Below, piece by piece: positions 40,127 through 47,701 of a DNA stretch of 47,701 nt. The DNA lies in contig CALVUN010000006.1 in assembly GCA_944363595.1 (NCBI GenBank), forward strand, positions 1 through 47,701, read 5' to 3'. The stretch is from an uncultured Bacilli bacterium (GTDB taxonomy: Bacteria; Bacillota_I; Bacilli_A; RF39; UBA660). A model generated the notes under the pieces. It was given only the letters and a program-made list of their open reading frames with translations. It did not search any database and was not told the origin of the DNA. How positions within the stretch are numbered: the first letter of the stretch is position 1; every line of letters begins with the position of its first letter. Both the position numbers and the translations under genes were made by a program.

Positions 40127-41548
40127 CTATCTCTTATCCAATTCTTCTCTAAGTATCCTAGCGGTAGTACTAGGATTAGCTCTACCCTTTGTCTTCTTCA
40201 TAACCTGACCAACAAAATAATCAAAAACTTTCTTACCAGCTTTATAATCACCAATTAAATGACTATTCTCATCAATTACTTCTAAAACAATTACTCTAAT
40301 CTCACTATCATCACCAATTTGACTAATACCTAATTCATCGACCAACTTAACAGGATCCTTTTCTTCTTCTAAAGCCTTATATAAAACCTCTTTAGCCTGT
40401 TTAATAGATATCTTACCAGCATCCAATACCTTAATAAGTTCCATAAGCATTTTAGGAGTCAAATAAATCTTATCAATACCAATTTCAAACTTATTCAAAT
40501 GACCCATAATAATACTTACAATCCAATTAGCTAAAGTCTTAGGATTACCCCCCTCTTTAATACCATCTTCAAAATATTCCGCAATAGCCTTATCCTTAAC
40601 AAGTGTCGTCGCATCTTTTCTAGAAATACCATACTCATTCATATAAAGATTAATTCTCTCATACTGTAACATAGGAATTTCCCTTTTAATTTCCTCTAAC
40701 CACTCACTAGTAACTTTAACTGGAGGAATATTAGGCTCAACAAAATACTTATAATCGATCGCATCAACTTTTTGTCTCATCGAATAAGTCTTCTTATCCT
40801 CATCATCATATCTTCTTGTCTCTTGAATAACTTTACCACCAGATTCAAGTATCTCTGTCTGTCTCTTAATCTCATATTCAATAGCCTCTTTAACATTATT
40901 AAAAGAGTTAATATTTTTCATTTCAACCTTAGTACCAAGTTCCTTAGCATCTTCTTTCATTAAAGATATATTAACATCACATCTCATCTGTCCCTTATCA
41001 CTTCTAGCTTCACTAGTATCACAGTATAAAAACATACTTCTAAGTGTTTCCAAAAAAGCAATAGCCTCTTTCGCGGAATTCAAACAAGGCTCCGTAACAG
41101 TCTCCAAAAGAGGAATACCACTACGATTATAATCGATCAAAGAATAATTACCAAAATGATCCAAACTAGCTGTATCCTCTTCCAAATGCGTATCATGAAT
41201 CAAAACTTTCTTATCAACTCCATCTACATTAATCATAACATAACCATTAATTCCAACAGGCTTATGCATCTGTGTAATTTGATAACCCTTAGGTAAATCA
41301 GGATAAAAATAATTCTTTCTATCAAAAGTAATAATATCAGGTGTTTCACAGTTCAAAGCTAAAGCCATTTTTAAAGCTTTCTTAACAGCTTCCTTATTAA
41401 CAACAGGAAGAATACCAGGAAAACCTAAATCAACGGTAGCAACATTACTATTAGGTAAACTAGAATACTCATTTCTAGAACCAGAAAAATTCTTACTTAC
41501 TGTCTTAAGTTCACAATGCACTTCCAAACCAATAACAACTTTATACAT
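40127..41548 (-). CDS. gatB: Asp/Glu-tRNA amidotransferase subunit B
   Basis: IGLEVH, FDRKNYFYPDLPKGYQITQ, RCDVNIS. Confidence 0.97.
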   Translation of the reverse strand: MYKVVIGLEVHCELKTVSKNFSGSRNEYSSLPNSNVATVDLGFPGILPVVNKEAVKKALKMALALNCETPDIITFDRKNYFYPDLPKGYQITQMHKPVGINGYVMINVDGVDKKVLIHDTHLEEDTASLDHFGNYSLIDYNRSGIPLLETVTEPCLNSAKEAIAFLETLRSMFLYCDTSEARSDKGQMRCDVNISLMKEDAKELGTKVEMKNINSFNNVKEAIEYEIKRQTEILESGGKVIQETRRYDDEDKKTYSMRQKVDAIDYKYFVEPNIPPVKVTSEWLEEIKREIPMLQYERINLYMNEYGISRKDATTLVKDKAIAEYFEDGIKEGGNPKTLANWIVSIIMGHLNKFEIGIDKIYLTPKMLMELIKVLDAGKISIKQAKEVLYKALEEEKDPVKLVDELGISQIGDDSEIRVIVLEVIDENSHLIGDYKAGKKVFDYFVGQVMKKTKGRANPSTTARILREELDKR

Positions 41549-43007
41549 CCTTTTCACCTACCTTAGCCACAATATTCTTATATCCCATCACACTTTCAAT
41601 CTTATTAGCCATATTCAAAACAACATCATCTTCCATTACTCTACCAGTAATATTAATACTAATAGGCATATCATTAACAAAACCACTAGGTAAAGAAATA
41701 CTAGGAAAGCCACCAAAATTACCAATAGCCAAATGATTTTCCAATATCAAATACCTATCAGATAACTGATCACTCTTAGTACCAAATAAAGGAGCAATAC
41801 CACCAGAAGAAGGCATAATAAGACCATCATATTCCTTAAATAAATCATTCATCTTATTAACAATCAATCTTCTAACTCTACCAGCATTCAAAAACAACTT
41901 CTCTTGATTTTCCTTTTGTAAAATATAACTACCCAAGATAAATCTTCTTTTAATAAGTTCCGAAAAACCCTGTGTTCTAGCATTAAACATAATATCATTA
42001 ATTGAACTACCTTCCGCTCTTGGACCAAACAAAATACCTGTTAAATTAGCATTATTAGAAGTAGCTTCAGCACAAGAAATAGTCATATAAGCAGGATAAA
42101 TAGCATTAAGAAGTTCTTTATCAAAAGAAACACCCTCTACTACAATACCTAAACTACGAATTTTATCCAAATTCTCATGAAATTTCTTTAAAGTTTCCAA
42201 TAATTCATCATCATTACTATCCTTATAATTTTCAATATCACAAGCTTCTTTTATATAAAATAACTTTCTTCCCTTAACATCATTATCAATTAAAGAAGCA
42301 TATACCTTACCATCATCTTCTAAACTAGTCATATCCTTCTCATCCTGTCCCTTTAAAACATCCGTAACATATGCTGCATCCCTTACACATCTAGTAAAAC
42401 AGCCAACATGATCCAAAGATGATGCAAAAGCAAATAAACCATATCTAGAAATACGACCATAAGTAGGTTTAAATCCCACAACGCCACCAAAAGCCGCAGG
42501 TTTTCTAATAGAATCACCCGTATCACTACCAATTGCAAAAGGCACAATACCAAGAGCAACAGCACAAGCACTACCAGCAGAACTACCCCCTATTAATCTA
42601 TCTTTATTCCAAGGATTTCTAACAACTCCCGTATGCCCAGTAGTACCAGTACCTCCCATTGCAAGTTCATCAAGTACTGTTTTTCCCATCAAAACAGCAC
42701 CACTTTCCTTTAATTTAGTATAAACAGTAGAATCAAATACAGGTACATAATCCTTTAAAATATTTGAAGATGCCGTCGTAAGAATACCCTTAGTAGAAAA
42801 ATTATCCTTTAAAGCATAAGGAATTCCCCTTAAAATACTCTTACCATCACTTTCCTCTTTCTTATCCATAATAGTAACAAAAGCATTATATTCATCCTGA
42901 TATTTATGAGCCATATCTAAAGAAGCATCAAATAAATCCTGACTACTAACCTCATTACTATCAAGTTTTTCTCTAATATCATCAATATTAAGTTTTAAAA
43001 TATCCAT
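41541..43007 (-). CDS. gatA: Asp/Glu-tRNA amidotransferase subunit A
   Basis: Amidase signature GGSSAGSA...GSDTGDSIRKPA; start ATG 43007. Confidence 0.96.
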   Translation of the reverse strand: MDILKLNIDDIREKLDSNEVSSQDLFDASLDMAHKYQDEYNAFVTIMDKKEESDGKSILRGIPYALKDNFSTKGILTTASSNILKDYVPVFDSTVYTKLKESGAVLMGKTVLDELAMGGTGTTGHTGVVRNPWNKDRLIGGSSAGSACAVALGIVPFAIGSDTGDSIRKPAAFGGVVGFKPTYGRISRYGLFAFASSLDHVGCFTRCVRDAAYVTDVLKGQDEKDMTSLEDDGKVYASLIDNDVKGRKLFYIKEACDIENYKDSNDDELLETLKKFHENLDKIRSLGIVVEGVSFDKELLNAIYPAYMTISCAEATSNNANLTGILFGPRAEGSSINDIMFNARTQGFSELIKRRFILGSYILQKENQEKLFLNAGRVRRLIVNKMNDLFKEYDGLIMPSSGGIAPLFGTKSDQLSDRYLILENHLAIGNFGGFPSISLPSGFVNDMPISINITGRVMEDDVVLNMANKIESVMGYKNIVAKVGEKDV

Positions 43008-43008
43008 C

Positions 43009-43299
43009 TTATTCCACCACCTTTGGTACTCTAACCTGATTTCTATCAACTTGCTTAGCATTAGCAAGAGCTTCTTCTGTTGTCAAAGTATTATTAATAA
43101 CATCCTCACGTAACTTAGCTTTATAAGTAACAAAAGGAAAAGTCATAGGTTCAACATCACTAATATTAGGAATCTTACCAATCAAATCCATTTGTTTTAA
43201 AATAACTTCAAACTCTTCTTGTAAAGTCTCATACTCACTATCTTCCATCCTAAACATAAGCTTAGAAGCATAATCCTCTAATTTCTCTTTACTAATCAT
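43009..43299 (-). CDS. gatC: Asp/Glu-tRNA amidotransferase subunit C
   Basis: LRED...EALANA...VPKVV; AAGGAGG RBS. Confidence 0.92.
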   Translation of the reverse strand: MISKEKLEDYASKLMFRMEDSEYETLQEEFEVILKQMDLIGKIPNISDVEPMTFPFVTYKAKLREDVINNTLTTEEALANAKQVDRNQVRVPKVVE

Positions 43300-43317
43300 C
43301 AATATTCCTCCTTTAAA

Positions 43318-43557
43318 ATAAAAACAGTAACTCAAAATCCCCATAAAGGGACGAATTACTGTATATCCGCGGTACCACCCTATTTATTGTAAAAACAATC
43401 ACTCATAACCCATAACGTAGGTAACGCGGCTTAAACTACTATCATTTCATATAAGCAACTCCAAAGTGTTCTTCAAATAATCTTATTATCCTAGCTCTCA
43501 CCATACCTAGGTCGCTTTATAACAGTCATTATCCTACTCTCTTCTTCTCCGTCGATA
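43318..43557 (-). promoter_or_regulatory. T-box riboswitch, Asn (AAC) specifier
   Basis: AGTA...GGTGAGA...GAAG-AAC-A (AAC at 43468-70), T-box AGGGTGGTACCGCG, terminator stem ACAGTAAT...GTTACTGT with U-tract; promoter TTGACT-N17-TATAAT at 43563-43591. Confidence 0.92.
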
Positions 43558-43636
43558 TCAAGATTATATATCAATTTAAAAAACAAGTCAATACTTTTTC
43601 CCTATTATTATAAGCAAAAACAAGCAAAATATACAA

Positions 43637-43673
43637 GGTAATAATATTAACAATACTGGTAATAATATTAACA
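43637..43673. repeat. 16-bp direct repeat (possible operator)
   Basis: GGTAATAATATTAACA at 43637-52 and 43658-73 (21-bp period), upstream of the XRE gene. Confidence 0.7.
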
Positions 43674-43747
43674 TATAATTGTTCCATAACACAGAAAATT
43701 TTATAATTATGATATGCATAAAGCCATATATTCAAAGGAGTGATAAG

Positions 43748-44092
43748 ATGAGTATTGGTGAAAAAATCAAATATTTAAGAAAAGTAAAAGGAATATCTCA
43801 AGAAGAATTAGCACAAAAACTAAATATAAATCGTAACTTTCTATCTAGAATAGAAACCGAAAAATCAGAGCCAACTGCCACCATATTAAAACATATAGCA
43901 CAAATATTTAGTATAAGTATTGATTCCTTATTAGATATAAAAGAACAAGATATATCTATCGATGATAAAATAAAACAATTAACAAATAATATCAAATATC
44001 TACCAAATAAAGATTTAGACTTCTTAATAAGAATAACAACTATCATGAAAGAAGAATACGTAAAAAATAAAAATAATGGAACTGAGAAATAA
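43748..44092 (+). CDS. XRE-family HTH regulator
   Basis: IGEKIKYLRKVKGISQEELA...SRIE...EP; AAGGAG RBS. Confidence 0.9.
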   Translation: MSIGEKIKYLRKVKGISQEELAQKLNINRNFLSRIETEKSEPTATILKHIAQIFSISIDSLLDIKEQDISIDDKIKQLTNNIKYLPNKDLDFLIRITTIMKEEYVKNKNNGTEK

Positions 44093-44489
44093 TATTTCTC
44101 ATTTTTTTATATACTATAATATGAATGAAGACCAAAAAGAAAAATTAAAACAAATAAATATAGATATTATTTTCTTTTTTCTTCTCATAGTAGTATCCAT
44201 AATATCATTTTATATCATTATTGAAAAGAAAAAAACAATATATAATATAAATAATCTAAATAAAAAACAACTAAATAAATTATTCAAATTCAATAGATAT
44301 CTAATTATCTTAATAGATCTATATTTTGTAATTAATGCCTACAAATCATTAATAAATTATATAAATAACGAAGAAGATATTGAGACCATAAAAGAACAAT
44401 TAATATTACTAATATCCAATACTATCTTATTACTAGGTTCTATACTATATATACCCCTAACTAATAGTGATTCCATAATAACAAGATAA
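44076..44489 (+). CDS. Hypothetical membrane protein
   Basis: About three hydrophobic segments; start uncertain (44076 or 44121). Confidence 0.6.
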   Translation: MELRNNISHFFIYYNMNEDQKEKLKQINIDIIFFFLLIVVSIISFYIIIEKKKTIYNINNLNKKQLNKLFKFNRYLIILIDLYFVINAYKSLINYINNEEDIETIKEQLILLISNTILLLGSILYIPLTNSDSIITR

Positions 44490-44538
44490 TATTTTACTTA
44501 TTAAAATATAAATGATATAATTACAAAGAGGTGCAAAA

Positions 44539-45408
44539 ATGATAAATATAAGTAATAATTGGCAAGATTATGAATGCTTAGCCACTGGTGATGGAGAAAA
44601 ATTAGAAAGATATAAAAATATCATCTTAAATAGACCAGATCCCCAAATAATATGGCCTAAAACAAATAATAACATATGGAATAAAGAAGATGCCCACTAC
44701 TATAGAAGTAATAAAGGAGGAGGACATTGGGAATATAAAAAGAAAATACCCAATATGTGGCAAATAAACTATAAACATCTAACATTTAAAATAAGTCCAA
44801 CTAACTTCAAACATACAGGAATATTCCCTGAACAAGCAACTAATTGGGACTATATTATGGATAAAATAAAAGAATACAAAAAAGATCATGAAGAAGTAAG
44901 AATATTAAATCTATTTGCCTATACAGGATGTGCAACTATGGCTGCATCAAGTGCAGGAGCAACTGAAGTAGTCCATGTCGATGCGAGTAAAGGAATGACC
45001 GAATGGGCCAAAGAAAATATGCATTTATGTCATTTAGAAAATAATAAAATAAGATTTATAGTAGATGATGTAATCAAATTCCTAGAAAGAGAAAAAAGAA
45101 GAGGAAGAACATATCACGGAATAATAATGGATCCTCCTAGTTTTGGTCATGGGCCTAATAAAGAAGTATGGCGTTTAGAAGATAATATCCAAGAACTATT
45201 AATAAAAAGTAAAGAAGTATTAGATAAAGATTTCTCTTTCTTACTAATAAATTCCTATACAACAGGACTATCACCCATATCATTAAATAATATCCTATCA
45301 TTAATATTTCCAAATACCAAAATAGAAACAGGAGAAATTGGTTTACCCGTAACAGAAAATAACCTAATATTACCATGTGGTATCTATGGAAAAATTACCA
45401 AAAATTAA
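44539..45408 (+). CDS. SAM-dependent methyltransferase (RlmI/RlmK-like)
   Basis: TGIFPEQ, LNLFAYTG, HVDAS, IIMDPPSF. Confidence 0.9.
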   Translation: MINISNNWQDYECLATGDGEKLERYKNIILNRPDPQIIWPKTNNNIWNKEDAHYYRSNKGGGHWEYKKKIPNMWQINYKHLTFKISPTNFKHTGIFPEQATNWDYIMDKIKEYKKDHEEVRILNLFAYTGCATMAASSAGATEVVHVDASKGMTEWAKENMHLCHLENNKIRFIVDDVIKFLEREKRRGRTYHGIIMDPPSFGHGPNKEVWRLEDNIQELLIKSKEVLDKDFSFLLINSYTTGLSPISLNNILSLIFPNTKIETGEIGLPVTENNLILPCGIYGKITKN

Positions 45409-46060
45409 TATAATATATGAAGATAACCATATCATAGTAGTAGAAAAACCAATAAATATCCCTGTACAAAAAGATAATAGTAAAGATATAGATTTATTAA
45501 CTATAATAAAACAATATCGTAAAGAAAAAGAAAATAAACAAGGAAATGTCTACTTAGGATTAGTACATCGATTAGATAGACCAGTCGGAGGAATAATGGT
45601 CTTTGCCAAAACATCAAAAGCAGCATCAAGACTATCTAAAGAAATACAAGAAAATAAATTTCATAAAACATATTATGCTGTTGTAAAAGGAATAACCAAA
45701 GATAAAGAAGAACTAAAAGATTACTTAATAAAAGATCATAAAACTAATATAACCCATATAACAAATAAAAAAGAAGGAAAATTAGCCCTTCTAAACTATG
45801 AAACAATAAAAACCAAAAATAACTTATCCCTAGTAAAAATAAATCTAATAACAGGAAGATCTCACCAAATAAGAGTACAATTCTCATCACGTAATCACCC
45901 CTTAGTAGGAGATCAAAAATATGATAAAAATCCCACACCCAATACCAATATAGCCTTATTTGCTCAAAGTATAACCTTTACCCATCCCACGACTAAAGAA
46001 CAACTAACATTCACATTAGATCTCCCCAATAAATACCCATTCAATATATTTAATCAATAA
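45386..46060 (+). CDS. RluA-family pseudouridine synthase
   Basis: HRLDRPVGG, TGRSHQIR, GDQKY. Confidence 0.92.
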   Translation: MEKLPKINIIYEDNHIIVVEKPINIPVQKDNSKDIDLLTIIKQYRKEKENKQGNVYLGLVHRLDRPVGGIMVFAKTSKAASRLSKEIQENKFHKTYYAVVKGITKDKEELKDYLIKDHKTNITHITNKKEGKLALLNYETIKTKNNLSLVKINLITGRSHQIRVQFSSRNHPLVGDQKYDKNPTPNTNIALFAQSITFTHPTTKEQLTFTLDLPNKYPFNIFNQ

Positions 46061-46090
46061 TCTAATTTTATACTTATCTATAATATAAAG

Positions 46091-46118
46091 AATATAGAAG
46101 ACCAACATCTTCTATATT
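46091..46118. terminator. Hairpin between convergent genes
   Basis: AATATAGAAGA-CCAACA-TCTTCTATATT followed by a T-tract. Confidence 0.7.
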
Positions 46119-46133
46119 TTTATTTTATTCCTC

Positions 46134-47633
46134 TTAAATTCCAAGAGTGAATGGACTACTTGAACTGCCATCTCCTCCAGTTATCTTAACATCTGATTTT
46201 AGATATATGACCGGGCGAGAAGCGTAAGAATACGCAACGTGGTTGTAGTCGACATAGCCAGAGGTATACACAATAAAAACGCGATTCGAATAACCGGAGT
46301 AAGGCATAAGGGTCCATTGAGTTGAACCATTAAATAAATAATCATTGTTTTTACAATCACTATAACTTGAATCCTTCCAATTATATATTGCTGTTGCTAA
46401 ACAAGACGCTCTATTAGTAGTACTTCCTCCACTTGTGGCATATCCATAATCTGATGGATACATTAATCCTATTTTTCCTACCCAATATGTTGGTCTTCCA
46501 CTATATACTGTTGTTCCTCTTTCTCTTTCATAAAACATACTTGCTGTTACATCATTATAAGTTGATGAACCCCCTAAATTCCATACCGCATCCCCTATTA
46601 ATAACTGAGATTCAGAAGATAAAGTATTATAATAATCACCATTTAAGTAATTTTGTAATGAAGCAGTAGACCAGTTGTTAAAACCTTTACCATAACCAGC
46701 ATCGGGTGCCAAAAACATTACATAATAATCCTTACTTGATGCAGACATACCACTACTAGTACTTCCATCATCCCATAGATAACTACCTATTGACTCATCT
46801 CTTATTATCTTAAGTCTCTTTTCTGTTGGACCACCATTTGTTGTTGCTACATCAAATACCCCAATTATACGCCATAATTCATTATTAAATGATACATAAT
46901 TATTTGGATCAGCTCCCATATATCTTATATTACCATCTGGATCATCATTATTCATAGTATTAGGATTATCCACTAATAATGATTCTATATATCCACTAGC
47001 TGTAGGTACACTATTTTCCCCTGTATTACATACACAAAATAATTTCCATTCACCATTAACTTGTCTACTTTCACATTCATCAGTACATTCTACAGTAGAA
47101 GTACAACTATCATTACCAGCTTCTTCACTAGTTTGAAAACTAGTAATGGGTATCTCACCATCATTATAGATAATATCATCTACTCCTTGACTATCTGTAT
47201 AATATCCTGTTCTAACACCTATTTCTACGGTTATATCACTATCACTAGTATTCTTTATTACCATAGGTACTGTTTTACTAGTATTACTATCTAATGTCCC
47301 TTTAGCAAGCATGGTAAGATCATCTGATACTTGTGCTATTATTACTCCACTAGGTAAGTTACTAGGACTAATCATTTTATAATACATTCCATATGATATA
47401 GTACCACTCATATCATTCTCTACTACAGCATTAAATCTAAGTTTAGATCCTGCACTTACTTTAAGTTCTTGTGTACCATTAATTTTAAATTTATATGTCA
47501 TACTAGTATCTATATCTACCATATTAGTTTCTACACTAGATGTAAACATAGCATAAGTTCCATATATTGAAGCTCCTACTAAAGTTATTATTAGTAATAA
47601 TAATAAATAATATTTCTTTATAAATTTCATCAC
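46134..47633 (-). CDS. Membrane-anchored surface protein with DUF6273-like C-terminal domain; candidate DGR target
   Basis: N-terminal TM; YMGADPNNYVSFNNELWRIIG, KIGLMYPSDY and WTLMP...RPVIYL motifs. Confidence 0.8.
   Translation of the reverse strand: MMKFIKKYYLLLLLIITLVGASIYGTYAMFTSSVETNMVDIDTSMTYKFKINGTQELKVSAGSKLRFNAVVENDMSGTISYGMYYKMISPSNLPSGVIIAQVSDDLTMLAKGTLDSNTSKTVPMVIKNTSDSDITVEIGVRTGYYTDSQGVDDIIYNDGEIPITSFQTSEEAGNDSCTSTVECTDECESRQVNGEWKLFCVCNTGENSVPTASGYIESLLVDNPNTMNNDDPDGNIRYMGADPNNYVSFNNELWRIIGVFDVATTNGGPTEKRLKIIRDESIGSYLWDDGSTSSGMSASSKDYYVMFLAPDAGYGKGFNNWSTASLQNYLNGDYYNTLSSESQLLIGDAVWNLGGSSTYNDVTASMFYERERGTTVYSGRPTYWVGKIGLMYPSDYGYATSGGSTTNRASCLATAIYNWKDSSYSDCKNNDYLFNGSTQWTLMPYSGYSNRVFIVYTSGYVDYNHVAYSYASRPVIYLKSDVKITGGDGSSSSPFTLGI
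46209..46316 (-). other. Putative DGR variable region
   Basis: 36 consecutive codons with none ending in A; 52/108 G+C by hand count, in an AT-rich gene; mostly NNY codons. Confidence 0.7.
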
Positions 47634-47701
47634 TAACTTCCTCCCTATTCTATAAATAGTAAAACATTACCTATATATATTTTCTTACAATATTAATATT
47701 A

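Noticed and set aside
1-47701. DGR template repeat or reverse transcriptase, tRNA or rRNA genes
   Set aside because: No AAC-rich copy of the variable region, no RT motif-bearing ORF and no tRNA/rRNA signatures were seen by eye.

Overview
Very AT-rich Bacilli/Firmicutes chromosomal window; gene content and the DUF6273-like surface protein suggest an RF39-like gut lineage (inference). The right half is mostly core genes: ftsY, ylxM, rny, recA, pgsA, rodZ, rnpB, gpsB, clpP, an Asn T-box-gatCAB-aspS operon, two RluA genes and an rRNA methyltransferase. The left half holds the main result. A NitT/TauT-type ABC operon (ytlA-ytlC-ytlD-like) is split twice, by two independent large-serine-recombinase elements. 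A 3.1 kb element (recombinase plus HipA-like kinase) interrupts the binding-protein gene, and a 12.1 kb composite element (recombinase, Cu/Cd-Zn P-type ATPases, VirD4-like protein, decayed genes) interrupts the ATPase gene. The att sites of both can be read from the sequence, and excision at GG and GT respectively restores perfect reading frames (332 aa and about 250 aa). Each recombinase is preceded by an unannotated 34-42 aa ORF (candidate directionality factor). A third, core-deleted attP-like scar lies inside the larger element. The last gene in the window ends in a 108-bp GC-rich segment with no A-ending codons, which looks like a diversity-generating retroelement (DGR) variable region; no RT or template repeat is in the window. 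All calls are by eye from motifs; no database searches were run.
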